Below are positions 24,846 to 35,223 of a DNA stretch of 64,000 nucleotides, in pieces. The stretch comes from a virus. Under the pieces are notes generated by a model. That model searched no databases. It was not told the DNA's origin and was given only the letters and a program-made list of their open reading frames with translations. Where the stretch lies: IMG/VR virus record IMGVR_UViG_3300021963_000083, positions 1 to 64,000 of that record; one strand, given 5' to 3'. How positions within the stretch are numbered: the first letter of the stretch is position 1; each line of letters starts with the position of its first letter. The position numbers and the translations under genes were made by a program.

Positions 24846-27126
24846 TGTAGCAATTATTGAGACTAAACCAAGTCGTAGTGACTTCCATAAAAGTTTCAAG
24901 GAGGCATTTGAGTTTGATAGGTATTGCCTATGCTCAGATCCTTCAATCAAGAAGGTTCTTAAAAAGAACGTAGATATTGAATTCGATCCAGATAACTATG
25001 AATGGGTTATTTTGGTGGGGTCGGATGCGTGTAAGTATTACACTAAGAACGCTTCCGTAACAGATTATAGTGGTAAGATTGTAGAAGACAAGTTTCTTCC
25101 AGTCATTAATCCAGCTATGGTATCATTCAAGCCAGAGTCGGCTCGACTTTGGGAAGAATCACGAGATAATATTATTGGCTATGTAACTGGCGCGAAGCGA
25201 GTTGTAAAGTATTCCACAGATCGAATCTATGGTATTACTGACTCAGAGCATCTAAAGCAGTTTCTTCGCGATGCAATTGCCAGCCCCAACCCTTTTATCG
25301 GTCTTGACTCTGAAACTACAGCACTATATCCACGTGATGGGTATGTGCTAGGTATTAGCCTTTCTTACGAACGAGATCACGGAGCATATATTGACTCCGA
25401 CTGCATTGATGATGAAGCATCAGAGCTATTCCAGCAACTATTCAACAAGAAGACTGTAGTATTTCATAACGCTAAGTTCGACTTGGCCTTCATGACTTTT
25501 CACTTTGGCTGGAACTTTCCGGTATATGAAGATACTATGCTTCTACACTATTGCATTGATGAAAACCCAGGTACTCACGGCCTAAAGCAATTGGCTCTAC
25601 AACTCACCGACTATGGTGACTATGAGCAGCCCATGTATGAGTGGATTGACGAATATCGTAAGAAGACTGGATGCTTGAAGGATGACTTCTCCTTTGATCT
25701 TATTCCATTCGATATTATCAAGAATTACGCAGCTATCGACGCTGTAGTAACATTCCTCATTTATGCAAAGCTAAAACCTGCTGTTACTAAGAATAAGAAG
25801 CTGAATCAAGTATATAATGGTATACTTATTCCGGCCTCTACCTTCCTAATTGAGATTCAGGACAATGGCGTTCCATTTGATATGGCCCGCCTAAAGTTTG
25901 CTCAAGGTGAAATGCAGAAAAGCATTGATGAATCTATTGAAGAACTATATAAGGAACCTAAAGTACGTGAATTCGAAGAAGCACAGGGGAAACCCTTCAA
26001 TCCAAACAGTGTTATGCAGCTTCGTAGTTTCTTATTCGATTACCTTGGCTTGCAACCTATTGGCAAGAAAACTAGCACAGGTGCTAATTCAACAGACGCT
26101 GAAGTCTTGCAAGAACTTGCCGACCAGCACCACGTACCGCAGCTAATTCTAAATATTCGCCAGAAAAGTAAGATTAAGAACACATACCTTGATAAAATTA
26201 TTCCACAACTCGATCGTGATGGTCGCCTACGTACTAATTTTAACATCCATGGTACTACTAGTGGACGGCTCAGTTCTTCTGGCAAGCTTAACCTTCAGCA
26301 GCTTCCTCGTGATAACCCAGCTGTCAAGGGTAGTATCAAGGCATCGCCAGGACATAAGATCGTAGCGGTCGACTTGACCACAGCAGAAGTCTACATTGTA
26401 GCAGTTCTGTCTGGTGATAAGGAGTTGATGGGTGTGTTCAAGAGTGGAGGTGACTTCCACTCTACAATGGCTAAGAAAGTATTCGGACTAGACTGTCCTG
26501 TTGCGGAAGTAAAGGCATTACACCCTCTACTACGTCAGGCTGCTAAGGCCATTACCTTCGGTATTCTTTATGGGTCTGGGCCTTCTAAGGTTAGTGAGAC
26601 TGTTAATAAGGAAGCCAAGGCTAATAATATGGACTACTACTTCAGTATTGAAGACGCCCAAGAAGCTATTAAGTCTTACTTCAAAGAATTTAGAAAGCTG
26701 CGCGAGTGGCTAACTACTAATCAGGAGTTCATTTCTAAAAATGGATATACCTATTCTTACTTTGGCCGTAAGCGTCGTCTTCCTAATGTTCTTTCAACAG
26801 ATGGTGGGATTAAGTCCCATGCTGTACGCTCAGGACTAAACTTCCTAGTTCAGTCTCCTGCTAGTGACGTCAATCTGCTTGCAGGTATTGAAATGCAGCA
26901 GCATATTAAAAAGACTGGCATGAAGGCTCGTATCTTCGCACTTGTTCATGACTCTATTCTAGCAGAGGTGCCAGAGGATGAGATCGAGAAGTACATGGAA
27001 GACCTAGAAGGATTTATTAAAACGGACCGAGGACTATCTATTCCAGGTTGCTCCATCGGATGTGATTTTGAGGTGGGTGATGATTATTCATTCGGAAAGT
27101 TTGAAAAGCAATACGGACTGGTATGA
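24838..27126 (+). CDS. family A DNA polymerase with 3'-5' exonuclease (T5-type)
   Basis: DSET, HNAKFD, TTSGRLSS, DLTTAE, RQAAKAITFGILYG, VHDS. Confidence 0.97.
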   Translation: MASVAIIETKPSRSDFHKSFKEAFEFDRYCLCSDPSIKKVLKKNVDIEFDPDNYEWVILVGSDACKYYTKNASVTDYSGKIVEDKFLPVINPAMVSFKPESARLWEESRDNIIGYVTGAKRVVKYSTDRIYGITDSEHLKQFLRDAIASPNPFIGLDSETTALYPRDGYVLGISLSYERDHGAYIDSDCIDDEASELFQQLFNKKTVVFHNAKFDLAFMTFHFGWNFPVYEDTMLLHYCIDENPGTHGLKQLALQLTDYGDYEQPMYEWIDEYRKKTGCLKDDFSFDLIPFDIIKNYAAIDAVVTFLIYAKLKPAVTKNKKLNQVYNGILIPASTFLIEIQDNGVPFDMARLKFAQGEMQKSIDESIEELYKEPKVREFEEAQGKPFNPNSVMQLRSFLFDYLGLQPIGKKTSTGANSTDAEVLQELADQHHVPQLILNIRQKSKIKNTYLDKIIPQLDRDGRLRTNFNIHGTTSGRLSSSGKLNLQQLPRDNPAVKGSIKASPGHKIVAVDLTTAEVYIVAVLSGDKELMGVFKSGGDFHSTMAKKVFGLDCPVAEVKALHPLLRQAAKAITFGILYGSGPSKVSETVNKEAKANNMDYYFSIEDAQEAIKSYFKEFRKLREWLTTNQEFISKNGYTYSYFGRKRRLPNVLSTDGGIKSHAVRSGLNFLVQSPASDVNLLAGIEMQQHIKKTGMKARIFALVHDSILAEVPEDEIEKYMEDLEGFIKTDRGLSIPGCSIGCDFEVGDDYSFGKFEKQYGLV

Positions 27127-27631
27127 GTATAGGAACGAGCTTCCTTTAAATACCTTGAAGGCGTGGCGAGAAGAAATTCTCGCCACAGCCCGATTTGAAC
27201 ACACAGGATGGACTGGTGCGCCGAAGGAACCATATCGGCATTGGTGTTACGCGCCCGACTATGAAGGTCTATTTGTAAAAATATTTGAGTGCCTAAACGA
27301 ATCCTTTAAAGAAGAAGGATTGAATCTAAAACCAGAACGATTATTACTAAATGTATATAATCATGGGGATAGCTCATGGCTTCATACAGATACAGAAAAG
27401 CCAGGTTACTGGACTGCCATATTATTCATGAATGAATATTGGGATGTTAACTGGGGAGGAGACTTCGTTCTTGTTAAGAACAATGAAATATATAAGTCAT
27501 TCGCACCCACCCCAGGAAAGTTTGTACTATTTCAATCTAATATCCTACACGGCGCTAGACCCGTATCTAGAGAAGCACAGTTTCCTAGGGCGGCACTAGC
27601 TATACAATGTTCAAACGATTCCAAGATATAA
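27062..27631 (+). CDS. 2OG-Fe(II) oxygenase
   Basis: HTD...WGG...H...R; true start probably near 27101. Confidence 0.88.
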   Translation: MILRWVMIIHSESLKSNTDWYEYRNELPLNTLKAWREEILATARFEHTGWTGAPKEPYRHWCYAPDYEGLFVKIFECLNESFKEEGLNLKPERLLLNVYNHGDSSWLHTDTEKPGYWTAILFMNEYWDVNWGGDFVLVKNNEIYKSFAPTPGKFVLFQSNILHGARPVSREAQFPRAALAIQCSNDSKI

Positions 27632-28104
27632 AGACAATAAAGTTTCCTGTATATGCTCTTCCATCTGTGGATTGGTATATGCAGGATGGTGTGCTGTTTA
27701 TAGACGATGGCAAAGTACTAGATGATAAGAATATGCCGGGAGCTACTCTTGGCATTAGAAGAATACAGTGTGGAAGAAAAGATCTATGTAGGCTTAAAAA
27801 AGCCTATACAGATTTTAATTCTATGATTAAGGGCAAGCACAAAATCTTCATAGATAGTAATGGAAATCCATTCGTATATAAACGAACTATAAACAGTCCT
27901 CTTATTCACCATAGAGTAGATAAACTTGAACTAAAGGGAGATTGCTCCGTCATTTGGTTCAAGAATATTAGTCATCCAATGACTATACCTCGACCTCCAT
28001 ATGGTGATGCTAGATATGCTAGAATACTATATTACAAAGGGTTTCCTTGGCTAATATATGACTTCGTACTAGAAAGAGGTAAGGACTCGTATCGACGAGT
28101 ATGA
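27607..28104 (+). CDS. conserved T5-like hypothetical protein downstream of pol
   Basis: IKFPVY...DG.LF...VLDDKNMPG.TLG.RR; synteny. Confidence 0.8.
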   Translation: MFKRFQDIKTIKFPVYALPSVDWYMQDGVLFIDDGKVLDDKNMPGATLGIRRIQCGRKDLCRLKKAYTDFNSMIKGKHKIFIDSNGNPFVYKRTINSPLIHHRVDKLELKGDCSVIWFKNISHPMTIPRPPYGDARYARILYYKGFPWLIYDFVLERGKDSYRRV

Positions 28105-28110
28105 GAAGAT

Positions 28111-28797
28111 ATGCGAAATAGTAAGAAGGGTCCAGGAAGGTTTGCTAAACAGCAGCACTCCATGGATTTCAAAGTAAAGAACATAACTGCACTAAATGAT
28201 AGACAGTCAAAAGTATTACGTAGCGATAAGAACCTAGTTCTAACTGGTTACGCTGGGACGGGTAAGACCTTCCTGACTTCGTATATTGCATATCATGAAA
28301 TGTTTGCAGGAAACTATGACAGACTAATCTATATGAGAAGTGCTGTGCCAACTAGAAACACTGGGTTCCTGCCTGGTACTCAAGAAGAAAAACTAGCTAT
28401 ATACGAGGCTCCATATATTGATATTGCCTCTGAGCTATTTGGCCGCGGTGATGCATATGACATTCTCAAGAAAAAAGGATTAGTACACTTTACCTCTACT
28501 TCTTATGTTAGAGGCATAAATCTTAGAAATGCTGTAATCATAGTAGACGAGACTCAGAACATGACTTATCATGAACTAGACTCAATTATTACGAGACTTA
28601 ATGATAACTGCAGAATTATGTTCTGTGGTGATATTAGACAGGCCGATCTTTATAAGAACGGACTCGAAGACTTCTATAGTGTTTTGAAGAAGATGGACGA
28701 ATTTGATTTCGTTGATTTCAAGAAAGAAGATATTGTACGTAGTGATCTAGTTAGAAACTATATCATTAAGAAAGAGCAAATTCTAAATAAAATGTAA
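28111..28797 (+). CDS. phoH: PhoH-like ATPase
   Basis: GYAGTGKT, GFLPG, RGINL, DETQN, GDIRQAD, DIVRS. Confidence 0.95.
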   Translation: MRNSKKGPGRFAKQQHSMDFKVKNITALNDRQSKVLRSDKNLVLTGYAGTGKTFLTSYIAYHEMFAGNYDRLIYMRSAVPTRNTGFLPGTQEEKLAIYEAPYIDIASELFGRGDAYDILKKKGLVHFTSTSYVRGINLRNAVIIVDETQNMTYHELDSIITRLNDNCRIMFCGDIRQADLYKNGLEDFYSVLKKMDEFDFVDFKKEDIVRSDLVRNYIIKKEQILNKM

Positions 28798-28840
28798 GGC
28801 TAGTAAATAGCTAAGGGGATATATCCCGGGGATTGAATTA

Positions 28841-30142
28841 ATGAAGGCTATCATTAGCAACAAGATTTACATGACGGTAGAGCCTTCGATGTATAAGTAC
28901 CTTGATAAGGAGCTTACATATCATATTCCGTCATATAATGAGCCAGAGAAATTTGTAAGTATTAAGAACTTAAAAGTCATAAACTACAATATAGCTGGTG
29001 GAAAAATGCTGGTAGCGTTTCCAGTTGGTCGTATAGATCTTATACCAAAAACTTTTGAAATAGTTGATAAACGAGCTTATAACTACTTGGAAGACTTTCC
29101 TAAGTTTAAGTTCGAACTAAGACCAAGCCAGCAAGAGATTCATAATGAAGTAGAAGATAACTGCATCATCAATGCAAAAGTTGGTTACGGTAAAACATTT
29201 ACGGCTTTAGCTATCGCTGCTAAATTGCAACAGAAGACTCTTGTGGTAACTCACACAGTCGCTCTTCGTAATCAGTGGGAAAAAGAAGTAGTAAATACTC
29301 TAGGAATAAAACCTGGAGTAATTGGAAGTGGTAAGTTTAATATGGATAGCCATGTAGTAGTGGCTAATATACAAAGTCTTATTAAGCACGTCGGAAGAAT
29401 AAGCAGGGAATTTGGAACTGTTATTTTGGACGAAATGCACCACGTATCTAGTCCTACTTTTTCTAAAGTTATAGATGCTATGTTCTGTCGTTATAAGATT
29501 GGGCTATCTGGTACTATTGAACGCAAAGATCAGAAGCACGTAGTATTTAAAGATTATTTTGGTTCGAAGTTATTTAAGCCAGATAAAGAAAATACTATGG
29601 TTCCTGAGGTTCATGTTATCAACTCTGGGATATATTTCTCTGACAGCTCCGGAGCATCTTGGGCAGAGAAAATTAATGTGTTAAAGGAATCCTATCTATA
29701 CAAAGACTTAGTGGTTGCATTGGCAGATAAATACGCTAGTGAAGGGCACAAGGTCATCATAGTATCTGATAGGGTTGACTTTTTAAGAGCATGTAATCAT
29801 AACTCTACTTATCCCTCCGATTTAATTATTGGAGAAGTAAAGGATAGAGACGAGATAATTAGAAAGATATTTGAAGATGAGATTGACCAAATATGGGGAA
29901 CTCAAAGTCTAGTATCTGAGGGTTTGTCAATTAATCCTTTAAGCTGCTTAATACTTGCTACTCCACTTAATAATATGCCTCTACTAGAACAGTTGATAGG
30001 TCGTATTATTCGTGAGTATCCAGATAAACTGAAACCAGTCGTAGTGGACATTAGACTAGAGGGTAATACTGTCAGTAGGCAATATAACAATCGTCTAGGT
30101 CACTACATGAAAGAAGGCTATGAGATAAAATTCATAAAATAG
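28841..30142 (+). CDS. superfamily 2 helicase (T5 D10/UvsW-like)
   Basis: LRPSQ, GYGKT, DEMHH, LSGT, QLIGRIIR. Confidence 0.93.
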   Translation: MKAIISNKIYMTVEPSMYKYLDKELTYHIPSYNEPEKFVSIKNLKVINYNIAGGKMLVAFPVGRIDLIPKTFEIVDKRAYNYLEDFPKFKFELRPSQQEIHNEVEDNCIINAKVGYGKTFTALAIAAKLQQKTLVVTHTVALRNQWEKEVVNTLGIKPGVIGSGKFNMDSHVVVANIQSLIKHVGRISREFGTVILDEMHHVSSPTFSKVIDAMFCRYKIGLSGTIERKDQKHVVFKDYFGSKLFKPDKENTMVPEVHVINSGIYFSDSSGASWAEKINVLKESYLYKDLVVALADKYASEGHKVIIVSDRVDFLRACNHNSTYPSDLIIGEVKDRDEIIRKIFEDEIDQIWGTQSLVSEGLSINPLSCLILATPLNNMPLLEQLIGRIIREYPDKLKPVVVDIRLEGNTVSRQYNNRLGHYMKEGYEIKFIK

Positions 30143-30145
30143 TTC

Positions 30146-30174
30146 TTGACTTTTATCCTTATTTTTGGTAATAT
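30146..30174 (+). promoter_or_regulatory. promoter
   Basis: TTGACT-17-TAATAT. Confidence 0.6.
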
Positions 30175-30568
30175 GCTATTATACAGTTGGAAGAAAATAC
30201 TAAGAAAGTCGGGTGGCAGCTCTAAAAGGATATTAACTATCCTAAAAGCTATAACTCAACGGGAACTACCCAGACATGTATACGATCCAGTGTATAAGTA
30301 TTATTATACTGACTTTTCGGGGAACAGTTTTCTAGTAAATCCAAGTGCTCTGCTTATAAATAGATATAAGTGGAAAGATAAAGAAATAGCAGACTATATC
30401 GGTCTAGCTAGCTTTAGAAGCACCGGAGATTACATGGCAACTGGAAAAGTAACATTAGACTTAGCCCATAGCCCCATGGGACAAGACGCAATCAACAACA
30501 ACAGACTACTTCGTATTGACAGAGGTGAAATCCACTTCCTTTACGAAGATTACACAGGAGAAAAATAA
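30173..30568 (+). CDS. conserved T5-like hypothetical protein (MLLYSWKKI)
   Basis: YIGLASFR...NNRLL.I....IHFLYE; synteny between D10 and D11. Confidence 0.8.
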   Translation: MLLYSWKKILRKSGGSSKRILTILKAITQRELPRHVYDPVYKYYYTDFSGNSFLVNPSALLINRYKWKDKEIADYIGLASFRSTGDYMATGKVTLDLAHSPMGQDAINNNRLLRIDRGEIHFLYEDYTGEK

Positions 30569-31203
30569 TGGCAGGTTTAGGCTTTGGTTCAGTTAAGGGT
30601 TCAGCTAAGAAAGAAAAAGCTGAATCATACAAAATGATTGATGGAGACAATTCAGTTCGTCTCTTCGGAAATATCCTAGCACGTTACGTGTACTGGATTA
30701 AGGGTACGAATGGTAAGAATCTTCCGTTCGAGTGCCTTGAGTTCAATCGTGAAACTGAAACTTTCGATAAGGCTGAAAAAGATTGGGTTAAAGAATTTTA
30801 TCCCGATATTAAGTGCGGCTGGTCATACTCAATGATGTGCCTTGATAATGGTGTTCCAAAGATCTTCAACTTCAAGAAGAAGCTCTTCGATCAGATTATG
30901 GCTAACATTGAAGACCTTGGTGATCCTACAGACCTCGACAATGGTTGGGTTCTAAAGTTCAGCAAGAAGAAGACTGGTCCTCTACCAATCAACGTGGAGT
31001 ACACTCTACAGACCATTAAGTGTCAGAAGTCGAAGGGTCCAGCTACTCAAGAAGAGCGTGATGCTATTGAAGCATCAAAGACCATTGAAGAACTTCTACC
31101 TCGCGCAACCCCAGCAGCTCAGAAGGAACTTCTAGAGAAGCTACTAAGCGGTGATGCGGACGCTATTGATGAGTCAGTAGAAGAAGAGCTCAACGTTCAG
31201 TAA
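30568..31203 (+). CDS. T5 D11-like ssDNA-binding protein
   Basis: RYVYW, KKKLF.QI, DPTD...GW, KTGPLPINVEY, acidic tail. Confidence 0.88.
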   Translation: MAGLGFGSVKGSAKKEKAESYKMIDGDNSVRLFGNILARYVYWIKGTNGKNLPFECLEFNRETETFDKAEKDWVKEFYPDIKCGWSYSMMCLDNGVPKIFNFKKKLFDQIMANIEDLGDPTDLDNGWVLKFSKKKTGPLPINVEYTLQTIKCQKSKGPATQEERDAIEASKTIEELLPRATPAAQKELLEKLLSGDADAIDESVEEELNVQ

Positions 31204-31209
31204 TCAAGT

Positions 31210-31245
31210 AAGCCCAGCTAATCTCGGTTAGCTGGGCTTCTTATT
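31210..31245 (+). terminator. intrinsic terminator
   Basis: AAGCCCAGCTAA-TCTCGG-TTAGCTGGGCTT-CTTATT. Confidence 0.75.
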
Positions 31246-31254
31246 CGGAGAATT

Positions 31255-32214
31255 ATGAGTAAATTACTAATAGCCGATATACACATTAAGCTAGGACAGA
31301 AGAATGTACCACGTGAATGGGCGTTAAAACGCTACGATATGTTCTTCGACCAAGTAGCTGAAGTGGAAGATGATGTGGATGAGATTATCATCCCAGGCGA
31401 CTTGTTCGATAGGATGCCTACTCTAGATGAGTTATCCCTATACTTCAAGTTTATTTCGCAACGTACTAAGCGAACGATTATTAGTACAGGCAATCACGAA
31501 GCCACAAAGAAAGGTAGAAGCTTCTTCACGGAACTCAAAGGAGTTACAGAAAGACTTAATCCTAATGTGGAAATAGTGGTTGATTATATTCACGAATCAG
31601 AAGAGTACTATGTAGTTCCTTATGAGTTCGTGAAGAATAAAAGCACGTGGGACGACCTAGACCCTAGGTATGTGTTTACCCATGTTCGTGGAGAAATTCC
31701 CCCACACGTTAAGCCAGAGATTAATTTGGACTGGCTTGATAAGTTTCCTATAGTATTTGCTGGTGACTTACACTCACACTCTAACACTCAGAGAAACATA
31801 GTATATCCTGGTAGTCCTATGACTACTTCCTTTCATAGAAATGAAGTACAGGCTGGATATATTATTATTAATGACGACTGGACTTGGACATGGAAGGCTT
31901 TTGATCTTCCACAGCTTATTCGTAAGACAGTCTCAGATCCGTCTGAAATGCTGCCTACAGATTTCCACCATACAATATATGAGTTGGAAGGCAATATTAA
32001 GGACCTAAGTAAAATCGAACATAGTGATCTACTAGATAAAAAGCTAGTAAAACGTAGCAGTGATACTGCTCTCGTCTTAGATAAAAAGATGACTATTTCC
32101 GAGGAACTAACAGAGTATCTACGGTATATTCAGGAACTACCTGATATTGAAATAGATAACATTATGGAGGTGTTTAATGAGTACGGTGGTACTTCAATCA
32201 ATCAAATGGGATAA
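31255..32214 (+). CDS. Mre11/SbcD-like nuclease (T5 D12)
   Basis: ADIH, GDLFD, GNHE, THVRG, GDLH, YPGSP. Confidence 0.93.
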   Translation: MSKLLIADIHIKLGQKNVPREWALKRYDMFFDQVAEVEDDVDEIIIPGDLFDRMPTLDELSLYFKFISQRTKRTIISTGNHEATKKGRSFFTELKGVTERLNPNVEIVVDYIHESEEYYVVPYEFVKNKSTWDDLDPRYVFTHVRGEIPPHVKPEINLDWLDKFPIVFAGDLHSHSNTQRNIVYPGSPMTTSFHRNEVQAGYIIINDDWTWTWKAFDLPQLIRKTVSDPSEMLPTDFHHTIYELEGNIKDLSKIEHSDLLDKKLVKRSSDTALVLDKKMTISEELTEYLRYIQELPDIEIDNIMEVFNEYGGTSINQMG

Positions 32215-33979
32215 GTGCTTTAGCTTTGGTGAAGATAACTTCATCGACCTTAGCACTGAGCCACTAACACAAATTATCGCCCCTAATGGTTATGGTAAGT
32301 CCTCTATCCCACTTATTATGGAGGAAGCCCTCTACAATAAGAACTCTAAAGGAGTAAAGAAAAGTGACATTCCTAATCGTTTACTTGATGGTAGTTATTC
32401 TGTTAAACTTCAGTTCTCCGTCGATAATGATATATACTTGGTATCTACTGAACGTAGTTCCGGTATTAAAATCCGTCTCTTCAAAAATGATGAAGATATT
32501 AGTAGCCACACTGCCACCAATACCTTCAAACAAATCGAAGAACTAATTGGAATAGACTTTAAGACATTTCAACAGTTGGTATATCAATCGACAAATAGTA
32601 GTTTGCAATTTTTGACGGCTACTGACACTAACCGGAAAAAATTTCTAATAGATCTATTTGACCTAAGCGAGTATACGAAGTTGTTTGAGGTTTTTAAAGA
32701 AGCCGCTAAACACTTAGGACTGGAAGTCAATACGTTAGAGAGTCGGATTGAAACTATTAACAAGTGGGTTAGCAATAACTCTACGTTAGATTTGGTAAAA
32801 TACGATTTAGAAGAAATTCCAGAACGGCCTGATTTCGGCACAGAAGTCGGGGATTTGAACTCCAAACTCTCAAATATAAAATCTCACAATACAGCAATTC
32901 AAAAGAATAATCTACTGAAGAAGCAGTTGAGTGAAATTGATATTGAGGAGCTACGTAGTGTTGATATTGTAAAAGAATCTTACGACGAATATCAAGGCGA
33001 GATTGGTGAATTAAAGTCTGCCAAGACTGCCGCGGATGCAGTCATTAAGAAGCTAAAAGGCCTAGAAGATAAGTGTCCTACTTGTCTACAGGACATTGAT
33101 AGAAATTTTTATGATGATCTGCTAACAACTAATACTGCTGATTCTGCTACATACGCTGGTCGTATATCAATGCTAGAAACTGCGGTTGAGCAAATTAAAA
33201 AGAATAACCGTCTTTTTGATATGACTCAAGCAGAGATCAAAGAATGGGAACAGCTTAATAAAATGGTAGATCACACTATGGGTGATGATCTGCTTAGTGC
33301 TTCTGATATTGAAGAAGAACTGAAGATAATTAAGAATACCCTATCTAAAGTTGATGCTGAAATTACTAAGCTGACAGCCGCTAATAATGAGGCTATCAAG
33401 CACAACAGTAAGATTGATATTTATCTGGAACAGAACGAGGCGTTTGCGGAACAGCTTAAAGAAGCTAAAGAGCAAGTCTGGGTTCTAAATGATAAGTATA
33501 AAAATCTTGAAGTATTAAAGAAAGCCTTCAGCACTAATGGTCTGATTGCCTACAAACTAGAGAACCTCGTTAAGGACTTGGAAGTATTTACAAATGAGTA
33601 CCTATCAGAACTATCAGACGGACGCTTTACGATTGAGTTCAGCATATCCAGTGATAAGCTTAATGTTGTTGTCACAGATGAAGGCAAAGAGATCAGTATC
33701 AGTGCGCCTTCGAGTGGAGAAATGGCTAGGATCAACATTAGTACACTACTTGCCATCCGAAAGCTCATGTCTAGCATCTCAAGGAACACCATCAACGTCC
33801 TATTTCTCGACGAGGTCATTAGCGTCCTCGACGATTACGGACGGGAACGTCTCGTTGAGGTATTGTTACAAGAAGAAGGCCTTAATACTTTCCTCGTTAG
33901 TCACTCCTGGACACACCCCTTGGTGGATAAATTAACCATCAAGAAGAAAGATAGCATTAGCTGGATTGATCGTGGTTAA
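32177..33979 (+). CDS. Rad50/SbcC-like ATPase (T5 D13)
   Basis: PNGYGKS, CPTC zinc hook, SSGE, FLDE, VSH. Confidence 0.93.
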   Translation: MSTVVLQSIKWDKCFSFGEDNFIDLSTEPLTQIIAPNGYGKSSIPLIMEEALYNKNSKGVKKSDIPNRLLDGSYSVKLQFSVDNDIYLVSTERSSGIKIRLFKNDEDISSHTATNTFKQIEELIGIDFKTFQQLVYQSTNSSLQFLTATDTNRKKFLIDLFDLSEYTKLFEVFKEAAKHLGLEVNTLESRIETINKWVSNNSTLDLVKYDLEEIPERPDFGTEVGDLNSKLSNIKSHNTAIQKNNLLKKQLSEIDIEELRSVDIVKESYDEYQGEIGELKSAKTAADAVIKKLKGLEDKCPTCLQDIDRNFYDDLLTTNTADSATYAGRISMLETAVEQIKKNNRLFDMTQAEIKEWEQLNKMVDHTMGDDLLSASDIEEELKIIKNTLSKVDAEITKLTAANNEAIKHNSKIDIYLEQNEAFAEQLKEAKEQVWVLNDKYKNLEVLKKAFSTNGLIAYKLENLVKDLEVFTNEYLSELSDGRFTIEFSISSDKLNVVVTDEGKEISISAPSSGEMARINISTLLAIRKLMSSISRNTINVLFLDEVISVLDDYGRERLVEVLLQEEGLNTFLVSHSWTHPLVDKLTIKKKDSISWIDRG

Positions 33980-34427
33980 CCCTCGACAAAAAGGCGCTAT
34001 AGGAGAAAACAAAGTTAAGGAGTTCCTAGATTCTAGGACTCCTTATACTTTCGAACGCACTCCTGGGTCAGGAAGCGGAAGCATAAAGGGAGACTTATAC
34101 ATTCCGAAATACAGGAATGTATTCTGCATAGAGGTTAAGAACTATGCGGAGTCTCCCTTTAATGATAAAATTTTAACAAACAAAACGAACGACTTTGTAC
34201 TATGGTGGACTAAGCTACAGAAACAATCTGGAGTAATGAGACCGCTTCTTTTCTTTAGGTACAATCGTTCAAAGATATTCGTCGCTACAGATATAAAGCC
34301 AGCTAATGTTGAAAAATATATTGACATTCCGTGGCTAAATTGCTATGTTATGTTATCAGACGAATGGATAGAAAGGGAAACAATTCAATGGCTAATTTTG
34401 CCAACAATAGGCGGTCAGAAAATCTGA
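33966..34427 (+). CDS. T5 D14-like PD-(D/E)xK nuclease / Holliday junction resolvase
   Basis: RQKGAIGE...R.PGSG...KGDL...IEVKNY. Confidence 0.85.
   Translation: MIVVNPRQKGAIGENKVKEFLDSRTPYTFERTPGSGSGSIKGDLYIPKYRNVFCIEVKNYAESPFNDKILTNKTNDFVLWWTKLQKQSGVMRPLLFFRYNRSKIFVATDIKPANVEKYIDIPWLNCYVMLSDEWIERETIQWLILPTIGGQKI
34321..34349 (+). promoter_or_regulatory. internal promoter for D15-nrdJ
   Basis: AAAATATA-TTGACA-17-TATGTT inside D14. Confidence 0.6.
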
Positions 34428-35221
34428 TGATCGTCGACACGATGAACCTCGCTTTCCGATGGAAACACGCGGGACAGAGTCGTTTCTCACACGACTATCT
34501 TAGTACAGTATTATCACTTGCCACGTCCTATGACGCTGGCACAATTATTGCTGCTGCTGACTGGGGTGGTTCTTCTTATCGCAAGGGAATCTACCCAGAG
34601 TACAAAGCTAATCGTAAAGAACTAGTAGAAAAGCAAACTGCTGAAGAGAAGGAACAGGCCCGCCTATTCTTCGATGAGTATGAACGCACTTTAGAGGTTC
34701 TAGATCAGCATAAAGATATTCAAGTGTTTAGATATAAAGGTGTGGAGGCAGATGATATTGCAGCGTATATATGCTCTAGGCTATATGACTATGGCTTTAA
34801 TCAAGCTTGGCTTATCAGCTCTGATCGTGACTGGGATCTTCTTATTAGTGAGTATGTTTCTCGTTTTTCTTATGTTACTAGAAAAGAGCACACGCTCGAT
34901 ACGTGGGATTATCCAGTAACACCAGACCAATACATTTCATACAAGGTTCTAACTGGAGACGCTGGAGACAATATTCTCGGTGTGCCCGGTATAGGACCAA
35001 AACGTGCAGCCGCTCTCATAGAACAATATGGTAGCGCGCTTGACATACACGATCAACTCCCTCTGCCTGGTAAACAAAAGTTTATACAAGCACTAAATGA
35101 CAGTAAGGATCTAATCCCCCTCAATTATGAACTAATGGATCTTGTTAGCTTCTGTCAAGAAGCTATAGGATACGACAACGTTCAAGATATTGGCCGCAGA
35201 CTGGCCTTTGGAGAAAAATAA
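34388..35221 (+). CDS. flap endonuclease / 5'-3' exonuclease (T5 D15)
   Basis: NLMIVD..NLAFR, YKANR, EADD, SSDRDW, GDAGDNILGVPGIGPKRA. Confidence 0.95.
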   Translation: MANFANNRRSENLMIVDTMNLAFRWKHAGQSRFSHDYLSTVLSLATSYDAGTIIAAADWGGSSYRKGIYPEYKANRKELVEKQTAEEKEQARLFFDEYERTLEVLDQHKDIQVFRYKGVEADDIAAYICSRLYDYGFNQAWLISSDRDWDLLISEYVSRFSYVTRKEHTLDTWDYPVTPDQYISYKVLTGDAGDNILGVPGIGPKRAAALIEQYGSALDIHDQLPLPGKQKFIQALNDSKDLIPLNYELMDLVSFCQEAIGYDNVQDIGRRLAFGEK

Positions 35222-35223
35222 GC